A stretch of DNA of 64,000 bases from Candidatus Eiseniibacteriota bacterium. Its GTDB lineage: Bacteria > Eisenbacteria > RBG-16-71-46. The notes below the pieces were generated by a model, which saw only the letters and a list, made by a program, of their open reading frames with translations, ran no database searches and was not told the origin of the DNA. This document shows positions 10,548-21,150 of this stretch, in pieces; position 1 is the stretch's first letter, and each line of letters starts with the position of its first letter. The DNA is taken from positions 1-64,000 of the forward strand of contig JANLWX010000065.1 in assembly GCA_031364845.1 (NCBI GenBank), written 5' to 3'. A program made the translations under genes and the position numbers.

Positions 10548-11408
10548 ATGACTACGAGCAAGATAGTGTACTTCGTGACGTGCAGCCTCATGATGATCGG
10601 GCCGATCCCTGCCGCAGTTGCTGGACCGATGCATGCGAGAGCGGCCATTTGCGCGCTCAACGGCTGCACGGCCTCTGCCGACTGCGAACCTCACAGCGGT
10701 GCCGCGCACGCTACAAAAACAGCGAGTACGGCCGCAGGAACCATTTCTGTTACCGCCCACGAACAGCTCGGCAATAACTACGTGCGAATATCCAATCCCG
10801 CCGTCTACCTTGGTTGGTCCGCCAGCGGACATGCGCACCATCACGCTGTGGGATGCATACCCATAGCCCCGAATGGCATCAACGGCGCGGAGAACAGTGA
10901 GGAGAGCGCCGTCGTTAGCGACAATCTCTTCGCGAACCAGACGTATGGCCCCGGACCAAATTCAAACACCATCGCAGTCGGGTTCGATTCAAGCTCGTTT
11001 CTGCAGCTGAACTTGTCAAATCCGGCGGTGATGACGACAGGCTGGATCATGGAGATTAATGGAACGGAGAGCAGCGTTGTTCTCCACGGCCTGTCAGGAG
11101 CATCGAACGATTCTGTGTGGGCCGAAACCACGGGACTGTTTGCCGGGCGCCAGTACACGATCTCGTCGTCACCAGGGCACGTGCACACCCTTAGGTTTGT
11201 GTCACCGCTCCAATGGACAGTAGCGGGGGTTTGGGATACGGCCGACATCGGGCTGGAGGCTAGCGTGTGTGCAGGTGCCTCAATGTGCACGGCAGAGGCT
11301 GTCCCCGTGCCTGCCGCTCCTCTCGCCGGAATCCTTGGGATGGGCTCGTTCCTCGTCTTGATTGGGGTAACCCGCCTCCGGCGCGGATTTGCGGGGCGGG
11401 GCGATTAA
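10548..11408 (+). CDS. Secreted protein with VPxA-TM-basic C-terminal sorting signal
   Basis: N-terminal signal peptide; C-terminus 'VPVPAAPLAGILGMGSFLVLIGVTRLRR'. Confidence 0.75.
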   Translation: MTTSKIVYFVTCSLMMIGPIPAAVAGPMHARAAICALNGCTASADCEPHSGAAHATKTASTAAGTISVTAHEQLGNNYVRISNPAVYLGWSASGHAHHHAVGCIPIAPNGINGAENSEESAVVSDNLFANQTYGPGPNSNTIAVGFDSSSFLQLNLSNPAVMTTGWIMEINGTESSVVLHGLSGASNDSVWAETTGLFAGRQYTISSSPGHVHTLRFVSPLQWTVAGVWDTADIGLEASVCAGASMCTAEAVPVPAAPLAGILGMGSFLVLIGVTRLRRGFAGRGD

Positions 11409-11719
11409 AAACAAGAGTCGGTACATGCGCCTTCCTTGAATGCGCATGTCGCGGCTGCCGGGGCTTACTGGTCTTCCAGAACCCAGCCTTCCGGCCCTCC
11501 TCATGTTTGCGCCTCCATCATCGTCCGCCGTCGCCGTCAGTGGTCATGTGAACGACTACTTCGGAGATTGCCGCCGCGGGGAGCGCCGGGAGTTATGGGA
11601 TGTGGCGAACCATATCTCTCCATCAAGGACGTTGTGACGTTTGCCCCGGTTGCTCGCCAATTATCCATCGCCGTAGGCCGGGGATCGGCTGCTTCCGCAT
11701 CCGATCCCCGGTCGTCCGA

Positions 11720-12031
11720 CTAGCGCTGAGCGCGCGGTGCGAGGGTCAGTCGAATCTGAGAACCACGAAGAACGGGAGAGGCCGACGCTGCAGGAAGTGG
11801 GGACGTGAACCTTGACGCATAAGCCGTCTCCCAAAATGACCAACGAATCGGGCTGGTGGTCACCATGCGCCACGACAAGAAATCGGTTGGCGAAAGGCTC
11901 GGCGTCGGAGCCGGAGCCCTCAGGGGTTGTCCGCCCCCACCGGGGCCGGGATCGGTTATCTGCGCCCAACAGGTCTGACCGCTGACCATGAGAACACACA
12001 GCAGGGCAAGGCGACACGGTACATTGCGCAT
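11720..12031 (-). CDS. Small secreted hypothetical protein downstream of the sigma54 activator
   Basis: GGAGGTCTT-ATG RBS; signal peptide ending CWA; 'QITDPGPGGGG'. Confidence 0.6.
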   Translation of the reverse strand: MRNVPCRLALLCVLMVSGQTCWAQITDPGPGGGGQPLRAPAPTPSLSPTDFLSWRMVTTSPIRWSFWETAYASRFTSPLPAASASPVLRGSQIRLTLAPRAQR

Positions 12032-12074
12032 AAGACCTCCATCGCAAACGGGATGTTTGCGTGGAGGCCTCTAC

Positions 12075-12090
12075 AGCCAGCGACATGCCG
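12075..12090 (-). promoter_or_regulatory. Candidate sigma54 -24/-12 promoter (CGGCATGTCGCTGGCT)
   Basis: GG-N10-GC resembling TGGCAC-N5-TTGCW, ~45 nt upstream of ATG 12031. Confidence 0.45.
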
Positions 12091-12314
12091 CATCCGCCGG
12101 TATTGGCGCAGGGCTCGAAGCTATTGCGACATAGAGAATTGCGCCGATGGACGCGGATAGCGACCGCCCGAGATCTCGCAACTTTTCTGCGAGGGTCCAT
12201 GGGCGTCAGCCCTAAATGCGTGCAGTACCGCTTCTGCTGTCAGCGAACTCGAAGTGACGAACCGATCGATTCCTGCGAGGAACAAACTCCGATGGCGCCG
12301 ATCTTGCCGGAGTT

Positions 12315-15300
12315 CTAGGCTGTGCCGTTGGATCCCTTGGTGTCCACCAGCTGCATGCGATGCTTCTTCAAGCGATATCGCAGCGCTTGCTCGGTCAAAC
12401 CCAAGTCGCGAGCGGCCTGACTCTGATTTCCACCGCTGGCGCGAAGCGCATCCATCAGCACGCGTCTCTCATAGTCCTTAATGACTCTGGCTAGCCGACG
12501 ATTGCGCGCTGGCGCGCGTGTCGGGGTGCTGCTCACGTCACGAGGGGCTGGCTCCGGAGACAAGTAGCTCCCCGGCGTTAGCGCAAGCAGCCGCTCCAAA
12601 TAATTCTGAAGTTCCCGCACATTGCCGGGCCAGTCACTCTGGAGGAGGACGGCAAAAAAATCTGGTGAGAGCTTTGGAACGTCACGTTCTTGTTGCTTCG
12701 CAAATTGCGCCAAGAAGGCGCGGCTCAACTCTGGGATGTCCGCCTTCCGTTCCCGCAATGGAGGAATCGCGATCTCGATGACGCTCAGACGAAAGAACAG
12801 ATCCTCGCGAAACTTCCCGAGTTCAACCAGGCTGCGCAGGCTGCGATTCGTCGCGGCAACAATGCGCGCGTCGAAGGCGACCTCCTTCTGGCCCCCAACA
12901 GGCGTGACGGTGCGTTGTTGAATTGCCGCGAGCAGTGCGACCTGTTGACTCATGGGCATGTCACCAACTTCATCGAGGAACAGGGTGCCGCCGTCAGCTT
13001 GAACGAACTTGCCTGTCCGACCCCGGACCCCCGTCGCGACATTTGGCAGAATGCCAAAGAGTTCACTTTCCAAGAGGGTATCGGTGATTGCTCCGCAATT
13101 GACGGTGACGAAGGGACCGTGGGCGCGTTTGCCGCTACGGTGGAGTGCTTCGGCAATCAACTGCTTGCCGGTGCCGTTTTCCCCGGTGAGCAATACCGTG
13201 GTCTTGGTTCTGGCTGCGTGTTCAACCATGGTCAACACGCGACGCATGGGAGCGCTGGCGCCAATGACCCCGAACGCATGGCCACTCTTACCGACGACCG
13301 TACGCAACCCTACGTTCTCATCTCCGAGGCGAGTATTGGCTTGTTGGGCCTCGTCATGGCTGCGGCTTTTGTCGATTGCAACCGCGATGAGATGAACAAA
13401 GCCCTCGACCATGCTGCGTTGCGTTTCGGCAAAGGCATGAGTGCGCCGCGAGTCGTCCAAATAGACCATCCCGAGCAATCGACCATCGGTGAACAGCGGC
13501 ACGCAAAGGATGGATTGAATGTGCATTGCCTCAACACTGGCCGATGTCGTACGCGAGTCGCTGCCCGCGTCAAAGACCAGGAGGCTGTCGCCGCCCTCGG
13601 CGACCTGATGCACGACGCGTTTGCTGTATCCGAGCGCTGCCACGCGGGTCGAGGTCTCGATCTGCCCATATTCGGCCGCCGTAGTCATCTCGCCAGACAG
13701 AGGATCGACGAGCAGCAGGACTCCACGTTCCGCATCTAGTTGTTCGACGACGGCGCGCATGGCTCGCCGTAACAACTCGTCCAAGTCGGTGAGCGAGCTG
13801 AGGAGCCAGGAGGCACGTTCAATGAGCCCGAGCTCGCGCTCTGGTGCATCGTACGACTGGTTCGCGGAGGTCCATTTCACGGTCAACGTCAGTGCCGTAA
13901 CGCGACTGTGGTGATCGCCGCACCGTTCAAAAAGCGCAACCGCCTCCAGCAGGAGGCTCGTCAGTGGCGCGCGGACCGCTGCGGCAGCTGGGATCAACTG
14001 GGCAGCCTGCAAGATGGCCAGGGCGCGCTCATATGGTGCCGGCAATTCGGCGAATCGCCGCAGGGATTGTCCGAGGACGCGTAGACCCTCTGCGGAATTG
14101 CCGGCGACGAGTAGTCGTTCAGCCTCAAACACATCGCAATGTGCAGTCAGCAACGCGCTCGGGAATTTCGCCATCAACGTGCGGGCGCGTTCCACGTATT
14201 GATCAGTCGCCCTAGACTTTTCAAACCGGAGCGTGGCTCGAGCCGCGTTGATTGCGAGGAAGGCGACACCCAGACTCTCTGGCTGAGCGGTTTGGCGGAG
14301 ACCCGTCTCCCAGATATTGAGCGCTTCCTTCCAGCGGCCCTGCTGCGCGAGGATCCGACCGTACTCGATACGACACCATTGCGGCTCGGACCCTTGAGTA
14401 TCTCTCAGGGCGGCGTGAGCGCGCCGGACCGCCAGCAGCGCCAGGCCGGATCGGCCGGCCATGCGTTCTGCTTGGGCCAACGAGCGCCAGGCATAGGAAG
14501 AGAGGTCGGGCTGATGGCGTGCCGTGAGCCGAACGGCGCCGCGGGCTTGGCGACGTGCTAGCCGAGGATTGCCCAAGAGTCCGTCGACCTGCGCCATGTG
14601 GGACATCGCCACGGTGACTTCGATGAGACGACCGTCCTCGATGGCGAGTCTCAGTGCTTCAGCAAACGCTGCGCGCGCCGCCGGCCATTGGCCCAGGTCA
14701 ACCTTCACAGCCCCAAGCTTCATCAACTGTTCGCTCAGGGCCAGCCGATGATTACATTTTCGCGCGGCGGCTACGGCCAAGCCTGACTGCCGGTCCGCCC
14801 GAAGGATCTTGCCCCGTGCCCTGTATGCCAAGGCCTTCGTGCCCATGGCGCGAAGCACCCCGAGGGTGTTGTTGGCGCGGCGGTAGGCGCGGGCAGACTC
14901 GCTGATCCACTCCAAGGCGCCAGTCGCGTTGCCCCGGGCAAGCGCGAGGCGAACCAAGGTGTCCGAAGCCAATCCCATCCCGAGCCAATCCTTGGCCGTC
15001 TGAGAGTCGGCAAACGCGTCTCGTGCGTCACGCTCCGCCGATGGCTCTCCAAGCATCGCTCGCGCAATAGCCTGGTTGCCCCGCAGGCGATACCCCCAGG
15101 ACCCCGAGGCTTCCTGAAGTCCTTGATCGATGCGCTGCAGACACCCGCGTAAGTCTCCCGTGCGGAGATATGCCGTCGAGAGCCGAAAGAACAACTCGCC
15201 GCGCTGTAGAGGATCAAGTGCTCTCGTCAACGATCGTTCATAAAACGGAATGGCTGAAGCGTACTGGCAATCCTCGCGATACATCTCGCCAGCCCGATAG

Positions 15301-17330
15301 AACCATAGGGCTGCCTCAGAGAACCCATTCAGTTCGGCAAACTCACCTGCGGCCACCGCAAGGTGAGCGTCAGGCTGGTCGCCATGAGCTTGTTCCGCGG
15401 CCTGCAATGCCTGGTCCACATGCCCCAGAGCCCGCAGATGAACAAATCGCTCCCGGGCTGTTGTCGCCACCGCCGCGAGGGCCACGCGATGGAATCGACT
15501 CTGTATTTCGACGTCCGGCAAAGCCGCGGCCGGCGCTTGCAACCTTGATGAAGCCAGGAAGAATTTTTCGCCTTCCTCTGCGATCAGCGATTGGCGCTGG
15601 AGCTGAATGAGGTCATCGACTCTGGTCTTCGGCAGCAACGCACACAATTCCATCTTACTGAGCGGCCCAATGATGGCTAGGGCCGCCAGCGCTTCACGTT
15701 GCGCCAGAGGCAATCCGGACAACCGGTCCATCCGTGCCGCCATTGGGCCATTCAGGGCATTGTCGACCAAGATGTCGCCGCGGATGGCGACGCCATGGTC
15801 ATCTTCAACGACCGCCCCTTTGGAGACCAACCGGTGGAGCAGGTCGAGGGTGAACCCACAGTGGCCCTTGGCCTGTTGCCACAGGTACTTCACCAGCTGG
15901 GGTGGCGCTTCTGTTCCAAGTTGCATCGCGACCATTCGCTGCAGGTCATCTTCGCGGAGCGGACCGACGTCGATGGTTAAGGCAACACCACCAGCCTTGA
16001 GGACCTGCATTGCGTTATCCGTCTCCACCCCGTGCCCCAGAACCCACCACACCAGCTGTGAGCCTTCGGCTAGGATCACACGACGGAGCCAGGCAGCTGA
16101 CCAACGATCAAGCCGATCGGCGTCATCGATGACGATCAGGAGGTCGCCTACTCCTGAGGCGAATGCGCTCCGCGTCTGCTGAACCCAGTCGTCCAAGTCG
16201 TCGTTCGTCAATGGCTCCTTGCGATCGAACAGGCGGCTCAGGATTTGAGCGTTTGGCGTGGGCAACTGCGCGGCCAGCATTCTGAGTAGGGTGCGCGTCC
16301 CGCTTCCCCAAGCGGTTCCATGCGTCATGGCCAGATGGACCACGCGGCGTTCGCCAAGCGCGGCTCGGGCGGCAACTTCGTTCAAGAATGCTGAGCGCCC
16401 GGTTCCTGGTCTGCCTGCGACCAGCGCCACGCTGGGCACGGGTTTTGGCTGGATCAACCATTGGTCAAGCGAGCCTAGTTCGCGGTCACGTCCAATGACC
16501 CGAGACGCGCCTAGCCTGACCTCGAGTGAGCGAGCGGCATGCGGGGCTCGGCGCTCGATCTCGCGGCGGACGTCGCGAGCAGTGGCGGGGCGCTCGCTGG
16601 GCTTTTCGGCCAGCAGCCAGAGAAGTAGTTCGATGAGCTTCCACGGAACGTTGGCGATCTCTAGCGCTTGGACATCCGGTTTTGAACCGCGGTCGACAAA
16701 TGATCGCGATTCAACATCCTGCTCAAGAGGGGTCTTCCCGGTGATCAGCGCGTACAACGTAGCGCCCAAACCAAAGAGATCACTCGCGGTGTTGGCCGGC
16801 CCGCCGCCGACGATTTCAGGGGCTGCGAAGCCAAAGGTTCCTCGCCGGAAACTCTCAGGACCAACGCGGAGAGCTGAAAGTCCGAAATCCACCAGGCGCA
16901 CGTCGCGGTGGTGACCTCGAGCGCTGGACACCAAGATGTTGGAGGGTTTCAGGTCACCGTGGATTACCCCCGCGTCGTGGAGCGCTTCAAGACCCTCGAC
17001 CACCCGGCAGCCAACGGAAAGCGCGGAACTCCAATCGCCTCGGTCGACCGCTCGGTCGGATGGCACGCCCGGCACATATTCCAGCGCCAGATAGGGCGTT
17101 CCATCGGCCGAGACAGCGCAGTCTAAGACCTGGACGATGACCGGATGGCGAAGTTGAGCCAGGGCCTTGAATTCTCTGCGCAAGACGGTGAGAGGGTCGG
17201 CGATCTCGGGATTCAGGCGCTTGATGGCGCAGACCGACCCGGTAGCGAGGTCGCGCGCGAGAAAAACCTCGCCCATTCCACCATGGCCGAGTTTGCGCAA
17301 CAGAAGGTAGCGCGCTGCAAAGGTTTCCAT
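12315..17330 (-). CDS. Ser/Thr kinase-AAA-TPR-GAF-sigma54-interacting Fis-family transcriptional activator
   Basis: GHGGMG, AIK, HGDLKPSN, DFG, APE; P-loop GRPGTGRS; TPR-like helices; GAF 'SILCVPL...GMVYLD'; GENGTGK, ESELFG, GGTLFLDEVG, WPGNVRELQN; HTH 'GGNQSQAARDLG'. Confidence 0.93.
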   Translation of the reverse strand: METFAARYLLLRKLGHGGMGEVFLARDLATGSVCAIKRLNPEIADPLTVLRREFKALAQLRHPVIVQVLDCAVSADGTPYLALEYVPGVPSDRAVDRGDWSSALSVGCRVVEGLEALHDAGVIHGDLKPSNILVSSARGHHRDVRLVDFGLSALRVGPESFRRGTFGFAAPEIVGGGPANTASDLFGLGATLYALITGKTPLEQDVESRSFVDRGSKPDVQALEIANVPWKLIELLLWLLAEKPSERPATARDVRREIERRAPHAARSLEVRLGASRVIGRDRELGSLDQWLIQPKPVPSVALVAGRPGTGRSAFLNEVAARAALGERRVVHLAMTHGTAWGSGTRTLLRMLAAQLPTPNAQILSRLFDRKEPLTNDDLDDWVQQTRSAFASGVGDLLIVIDDADRLDRWSAAWLRRVILAEGSQLVWWVLGHGVETDNAMQVLKAGGVALTIDVGPLREDDLQRMVAMQLGTEAPPQLVKYLWQQAKGHCGFTLDLLHRLVSKGAVVEDDHGVAIRGDILVDNALNGPMAARMDRLSGLPLAQREALAALAIIGPLSKMELCALLPKTRVDDLIQLQRQSLIAEEGEKFFLASSRLQAPAAALPDVEIQSRFHRVALAAVATTARERFVHLRALGHVDQALQAAEQAHGDQPDAHLAVAAGEFAELNGFSEAALWFYRAGEMYREDCQYASAIPFYERSLTRALDPLQRGELFFRLSTAYLRTGDLRGCLQRIDQGLQEASGSWGYRLRGNQAIARAMLGEPSAERDARDAFADSQTAKDWLGMGLASDTLVRLALARGNATGALEWISESARAYRRANNTLGVLRAMGTKALAYRARGKILRADRQSGLAVAAARKCNHRLALSEQLMKLGAVKVDLGQWPAARAAFAEALRLAIEDGRLIEVTVAMSHMAQVDGLLGNPRLARRQARGAVRLTARHQPDLSSYAWRSLAQAERMAGRSGLALLAVRRAHAALRDTQGSEPQWCRIEYGRILAQQGRWKEALNIWETGLRQTAQPESLGVAFLAINAARATLRFEKSRATDQYVERARTLMAKFPSALLTAHCDVFEAERLLVAGNSAEGLRVLGQSLRRFAELPAPYERALAILQAAQLIPAAAAVRAPLTSLLLEAVALFERCGDHHSRVTALTLTVKWTSANQSYDAPERELGLIERASWLLSSLTDLDELLRRAMRAVVEQLDAERGVLLLVDPLSGEMTTAAEYGQIETSTRVAALGYSKRVVHQVAEGGDSLLVFDAGSDSRTTSASVEAMHIQSILCVPLFTDGRLLGMVYLDDSRRTHAFAETQRSMVEGFVHLIAVAIDKSRSHDEAQQANTRLGDENVGLRTVVGKSGHAFGVIGASAPMRRVLTMVEHAARTKTTVLLTGENGTGKQLIAEALHRSGKRAHGPFVTVNCGAITDTLLESELFGILPNVATGVRGRTGKFVQADGGTLFLDEVGDMPMSQQVALLAAIQQRTVTPVGGQKEVAFDARIVAATNRSLRSLVELGKFREDLFFRLSVIEIAIPPLRERKADIPELSRAFLAQFAKQQERDVPKLSPDFFAVLLQSDWPGNVRELQNYLERLLALTPGSYLSPEPAPRDVSSTPTRAPARNRRLARVIKDYERRVLMDALRASGGNQSQAARDLGLTEQALRYRLKKHRMQLVDTKGSNGTA

Positions 17331-17718
17331 TGCCGGCCCACGTTGATGTCCAATTCCACGCTTGGCTCACTAGGGGAACTGAACGGTACTGCCGAATCTA
17401 GCGCTAAGGCAATGGGAACTCTTCAAATAGGTCCGTCGAAAGGACTTGCCGCTGGCTCGCGAATTTCTCGCCCGGGTCAGTACAACATCGAGCCGGATAA
17501 GCGGAAGTACTGAAAGGACGTTACGAGTTTTCGAAAAAGTACATCGCAGGAAATCTGCGAATGCCGTGGGCATGCCCCGCTTCATCAGCCCGCGCTTTCC
17601 AAGAATTCGCGGCCTCAAGCGATCGGCACAGCAACTGCTTTCAGCTTGGTTGGGGGCCGCCCCGACCAAGTGTGCCTTATGAATCTGAGCCAATCCTCGC
17701 CGTGGAAGGAAATCGTCA

Positions 17719-18504
17719 GTGCCCGAGACCACGCGTGCCCAACTAGCGACGCGATTTGGACACTTCTCCTTACCTGTCACGGACCGGGTCTCTTCATTGG
17801 GGACGAGTCGCACCTACCCTGCTCGATACACGTTCTTCAGTCAGGGTGAAGGAGTCGAGGATGTTCTGTACCTCGAGCACGGCCTCGTCAAGCTTGTTCG
17901 GGGAAACCAGGACGGTCGGGAAGAGAGAATCATTGGGCTGCGCGCCGATGGGTGGGTCATCGGCGCCGCAGCCGCCATCCTCGACGAACCCTATGTCGCG
18001 ACGGCCGTCACGGTTGTGCCGAGCCGAATCGCTCGAGTGGCGGCCACGGAATTCAGGAGGCGGCTCCAGACAGATCACGAGCTTTCTGCGGCTGTGCACC
18101 GTATGCACGCTCGCGAAGTCTACAACGAACTCACGCAGGTAACGGAAAGCTCAATTTCCGCACGATCCCGTTTGGAACATCTCCTTCGCAACCTTGCCTC
18201 TCTGGAGCCGCCAAAGGGCTCGGGAGAGATCCACGTGCAGATGCCGCTTCGACAATGGGAGGTCGCCCAGATTGTCGGCGTCGCTCCACCCTATCTGTGT
18301 CAGCTGATGGCTGAGATGGAGGAGGATGGAATTCTAAGACGGGAGCGAGGCGCGGTGGTGCTCACCCTCCAGGGTCGGGACCACACAATTGCTCTGAGCA
18401 ATGCTCCGATCGCCAATGGTGGGCTGTCAGCATCAGCGATGGCATCGGGCGCGCCCAACCATCCGCTCGCGGCTGGCCGTTCTGCCGAGGCGCCTCCGAG
18501 ATAG
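17719..18504 (+). CDS. Crp/Fnr family transcriptional regulator
   Basis: cNMP-binding fold 'FFSQGE...LYLEHGLVKL...G.E.IIG...G.VIG...ATAVTV'; C-terminal HTH 'LRQWEVAQIVGVAPPYLCQLMAEMEEDGIL'. Confidence 0.9.
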   Translation: MPETTRAQLATRFGHFSLPVTDRVSSLGTSRTYPARYTFFSQGEGVEDVLYLEHGLVKLVRGNQDGREERIIGLRADGWVIGAAAAILDEPYVATAVTVVPSRIARVAATEFRRRLQTDHELSAAVHRMHAREVYNELTQVTESSISARSRLEHLLRNLASLEPPKGSGEIHVQMPLRQWEVAQIVGVAPPYLCQLMAEMEEDGILRRERGAVVLTLQGRDHTIALSNAPIANGGLSASAMASGAPNHPLAAGRSAEAPPR

Positions 18505-18807
18505 TCTCCGGCCAATATTTGCGAAAGATGTTGCCATCGGAGTGACCTACTGCTAGTTGCCGGCGACCTCGGCGAGCAAGTGGCGAGACGTCGCGCTCGA
18601 ATTGGGGGCGCATGCGAATGCCCCTCCCGTCCGCCAGGCCGTGAGCCATAGCGTGTAGTCATTTTCCGGCCCCGGGCAACAGAACCCCAGGTCCAGCTTC
18701 ATGGATTGCCTCTCTGGGGAGACAGGCGGGTACTTGGAGCCAGGGAGGTGTTGAATCCTCGGACTGCAACCCGTGCCGCACGGCTGGGCAGCTGACGTCG
18801 GCGTTCA

Positions 18808-18849
18808 TTCAACTAGATGAATGCGCTGCCAAGGAGGAGTGTGCAGGAT
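18808..18849 (+). promoter_or_regulatory. Candidate class II Crp/Fnr-type promoter: box TTCAACTAGATGAA (18808-18821) with -10 CAGGAT
   Basis: Extended palindrome CATTCA-N6-TGAATG; 22 nt to the -10 at 18844-18849; upstream of DyP. Confidence 0.65.
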
Positions 18850-18931
18850 CAAACCTCAAGCCGGTCGTGCCCGGAGGCGTCCGCCCCTGCGATGTGCCGC
18901 GAAGTCCCTAACTCGAGGAAGGCAGGATTGA

Positions 18932-20362
18932 ATGCCGATCGATCTGAGTAAGCCCATTGCCTGGAAACTCGCTAATCACGATGAACAAAGAATGCTGCGA
19001 AGCCTCCAAGGCAACATACTCAAGGGTCATGGGCGATCCGCGACGTTGAACGTGTTTTTCGCCATCGACCCGGTCAAGAAGCACTCGGTGCGTGCTGCCC
19101 TTCGGACCATTGCCACCTTTCATGCTACTTCCGCATATCAACAGTTGCTCGAGACCGAACGATTCAAACAAACAGGCGAATCGGGAAGCCCGTTCGTTTC
19201 CGTCCTACTCTCCGCCTCGGGCTACGTCGCTCTGGACGTCCCAACAGAACAAATACCGGACGGTCAAAGCTTTAGGGAGGGCATGAAGGCGGCAGCCCTC
19301 GGAGACCCGCCTGTTGCTAGCTGGGACCAGCCTTTTCAAGGTCAGATCGACGGGCTGGTCCTGCTCGCGAGCGAGAACGATACGGCGCTTCGACTCAAGC
19401 GAGATGCGGTGGTGACGCTGTTGACTGAAGCTGGCGCGACCGTCGTCAAGGAGCAGCCTGGGCGAGCCCTTTTCAACAAGGCCAACGATGGCATTGAGCA
19501 CTTCGGTTACGTGGATGGTCGTAGTCAACCCCTTATGCTCGAAGAGGATGTTGAGCGCGAGGCCAGAGATGCTGGCATCGCACAGTGGGATCCGCAGTCG
19601 ACACTCGACGCTGCTCTCGTGCCTGAACCGGGCGCAAGCGACGACATTAGCTTCGGCAGCTATTTTATCTTTCGCAAGCTCGACCAGAATGTGCGCGAGT
19701 TCAAGCGCAGGGAGCTAGAGTTGGCGGTTGTGCTCGGGCTGACGGGCGAGGCACGTGAGCTGGCGGGCGCTTTGGTTGTTGGCCGTTTTGAAGACGGTAC
19801 GCCGGTGACCATGTCGAGCGAAGCTCGCGGCGTCAATCCTCCGAACGACTTCAACTACGACGCCGACGCGGGTACACGTTGCCCGTTCCACGCACACATC
19901 CGGAAGACAAATCCGCGAGGGAGCGGTGGCTTCGAGCCGCTCCCTAACGAACGCAAGCACCTGATGCCGCGTAGAGGAATTCCCTACGAGGATGTTGTTC
20001 GTGTGGTCCATCCGGTGGACGTTCCAGAGAGCGAGTCACTGGCCCAATTCGACGCTGAGGTCGCGCCCAAGCTGCCAACCGGGGATGTTGGTCTGCTGTT
20101 CATGGCCTACAACCGAGATCTATCGGTGCAATTCGAATTTACTCAGAAGACCTGGGCAAATAATGCAGGCTTTCCGCAGGCGCCAAATGCGCCGGGTCTC
20201 GATCCGGTAATCGGGCAGGGGCCCGTTAGCTTGCAGCCGTGGCCAATGCAGTGGGACGACATCGGCCTTGGGGCAACGCCATTCTCGTTTCAAGGATTAG
20301 TTACCATGCGCGGAGGCGAATATTTCTTTGCACCCAGTCTAAATTTTCTCCGAGCCCTATAG
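18932..20362 (+). CDS. Dye-decolorizing (DyP-type) heme peroxidase
   Basis: 'LQGNILKGHGR', 'EHFGYVDGRSQP' (GxxDG), 'CPFHAHIRKTNPR', 'RRGIPY', 'GLLFMAY', 'GGEYFFAPS'. Confidence 0.93.
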   Translation: MPIDLSKPIAWKLANHDEQRMLRSLQGNILKGHGRSATLNVFFAIDPVKKHSVRAALRTIATFHATSAYQQLLETERFKQTGESGSPFVSVLLSASGYVALDVPTEQIPDGQSFREGMKAAALGDPPVASWDQPFQGQIDGLVLLASENDTALRLKRDAVVTLLTEAGATVVKEQPGRALFNKANDGIEHFGYVDGRSQPLMLEEDVEREARDAGIAQWDPQSTLDAALVPEPGASDDISFGSYFIFRKLDQNVREFKRRELELAVVLGLTGEARELAGALVVGRFEDGTPVTMSSEARGVNPPNDFNYDADAGTRCPFHAHIRKTNPRGSGGFEPLPNERKHLMPRRGIPYEDVVRVVHPVDVPESESLAQFDAEVAPKLPTGDVGLLFMAYNRDLSVQFEFTQKTWANNAGFPQAPNAPGLDPVIGQGPVSLQPWPMQWDDIGLGATPFSFQGLVTMRGGEYFFAPSLNFLRAL

Positions 20363-20999
20363 GACAGGGGGCACTCTGCGACGGAAGCCGTAACAGTGAG
20401 GAAATCCCGTCTGCGTTGTCTGGCGCAACTGCCCGACCATGTGGTCGTGCGTTCAGGGCAGCGACATAGGATCACACGTAGTCTTCCAAATTGTAACTGA
20501 GCACGTCCGTGAACTCCTTGTGTGCATGACCCAACTTCAGGAGAGAACCACGCCCTTCATTGCCAATTGCCCTCAAATCCAAGGGCCCAAGGAGGGTAGC
20601 CTCAAGCTCAGTTCAATCTTTCGCAGGGAGTAAATCTCGTAATTCCTTCACCGGGGCCCCAAGGAAGGACGGCCCCGTTGTCAAAACCTGGTTGGTCGTC
20701 CGATCGACGTCGCTTGGAGTTGTTAGGGTTCTGGGGAATTCCATGCAAGGAGCATGGTTCCCAGCAGCGTACCACCCACGCGAAGCCGCATGCATTACTT
20801 CCGGGTACGACCGAGAGGTCTTTACAGTAGCCGACGATCACAAATGCGAAGACCGGAGCTTTTGCAACAACACAGCTGCTCAGCACACGACGGACCTTGG
20901 TTGGGGGGATGAACGTCTCCGACAAAAATATCGCCGCAATGGCTCAATAAACCCATGTGGAAGGATTAGCGGCTGGAAATGAAACCCACGCCCCCGACC

Positions 21000-21150
21000 G
21001 GTCACTTCAGCAATCTCGTCGGTACCGCTTCCGCTGTATCGGTGGGACGTCGGCTGGGGCCATTGCGGCCGTAATCAAGGCTGCCGCTGAGTATGATCGC
21101 GAGGGAGGCGGCTTCGAAAGGCCTCGATCGGCTCCAATGGACGTTCCAAG
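21000..21150 (+). pseudogene. Patatin-like phospholipase N-terminal fragment
   Basis: 'RYRFRCIGGTSAGAIAAV.KAAAEY' (GxSxG nucleophile elbow), no intact flanking ORF. Confidence 0.55.

Noticed and set aside
18692..18705. TCCA-N6-TGGA palindrome resembling the regulon box
   Set aside because: Two mismatches, no central TAG, and no nAnnnT at 22 nt in either direction
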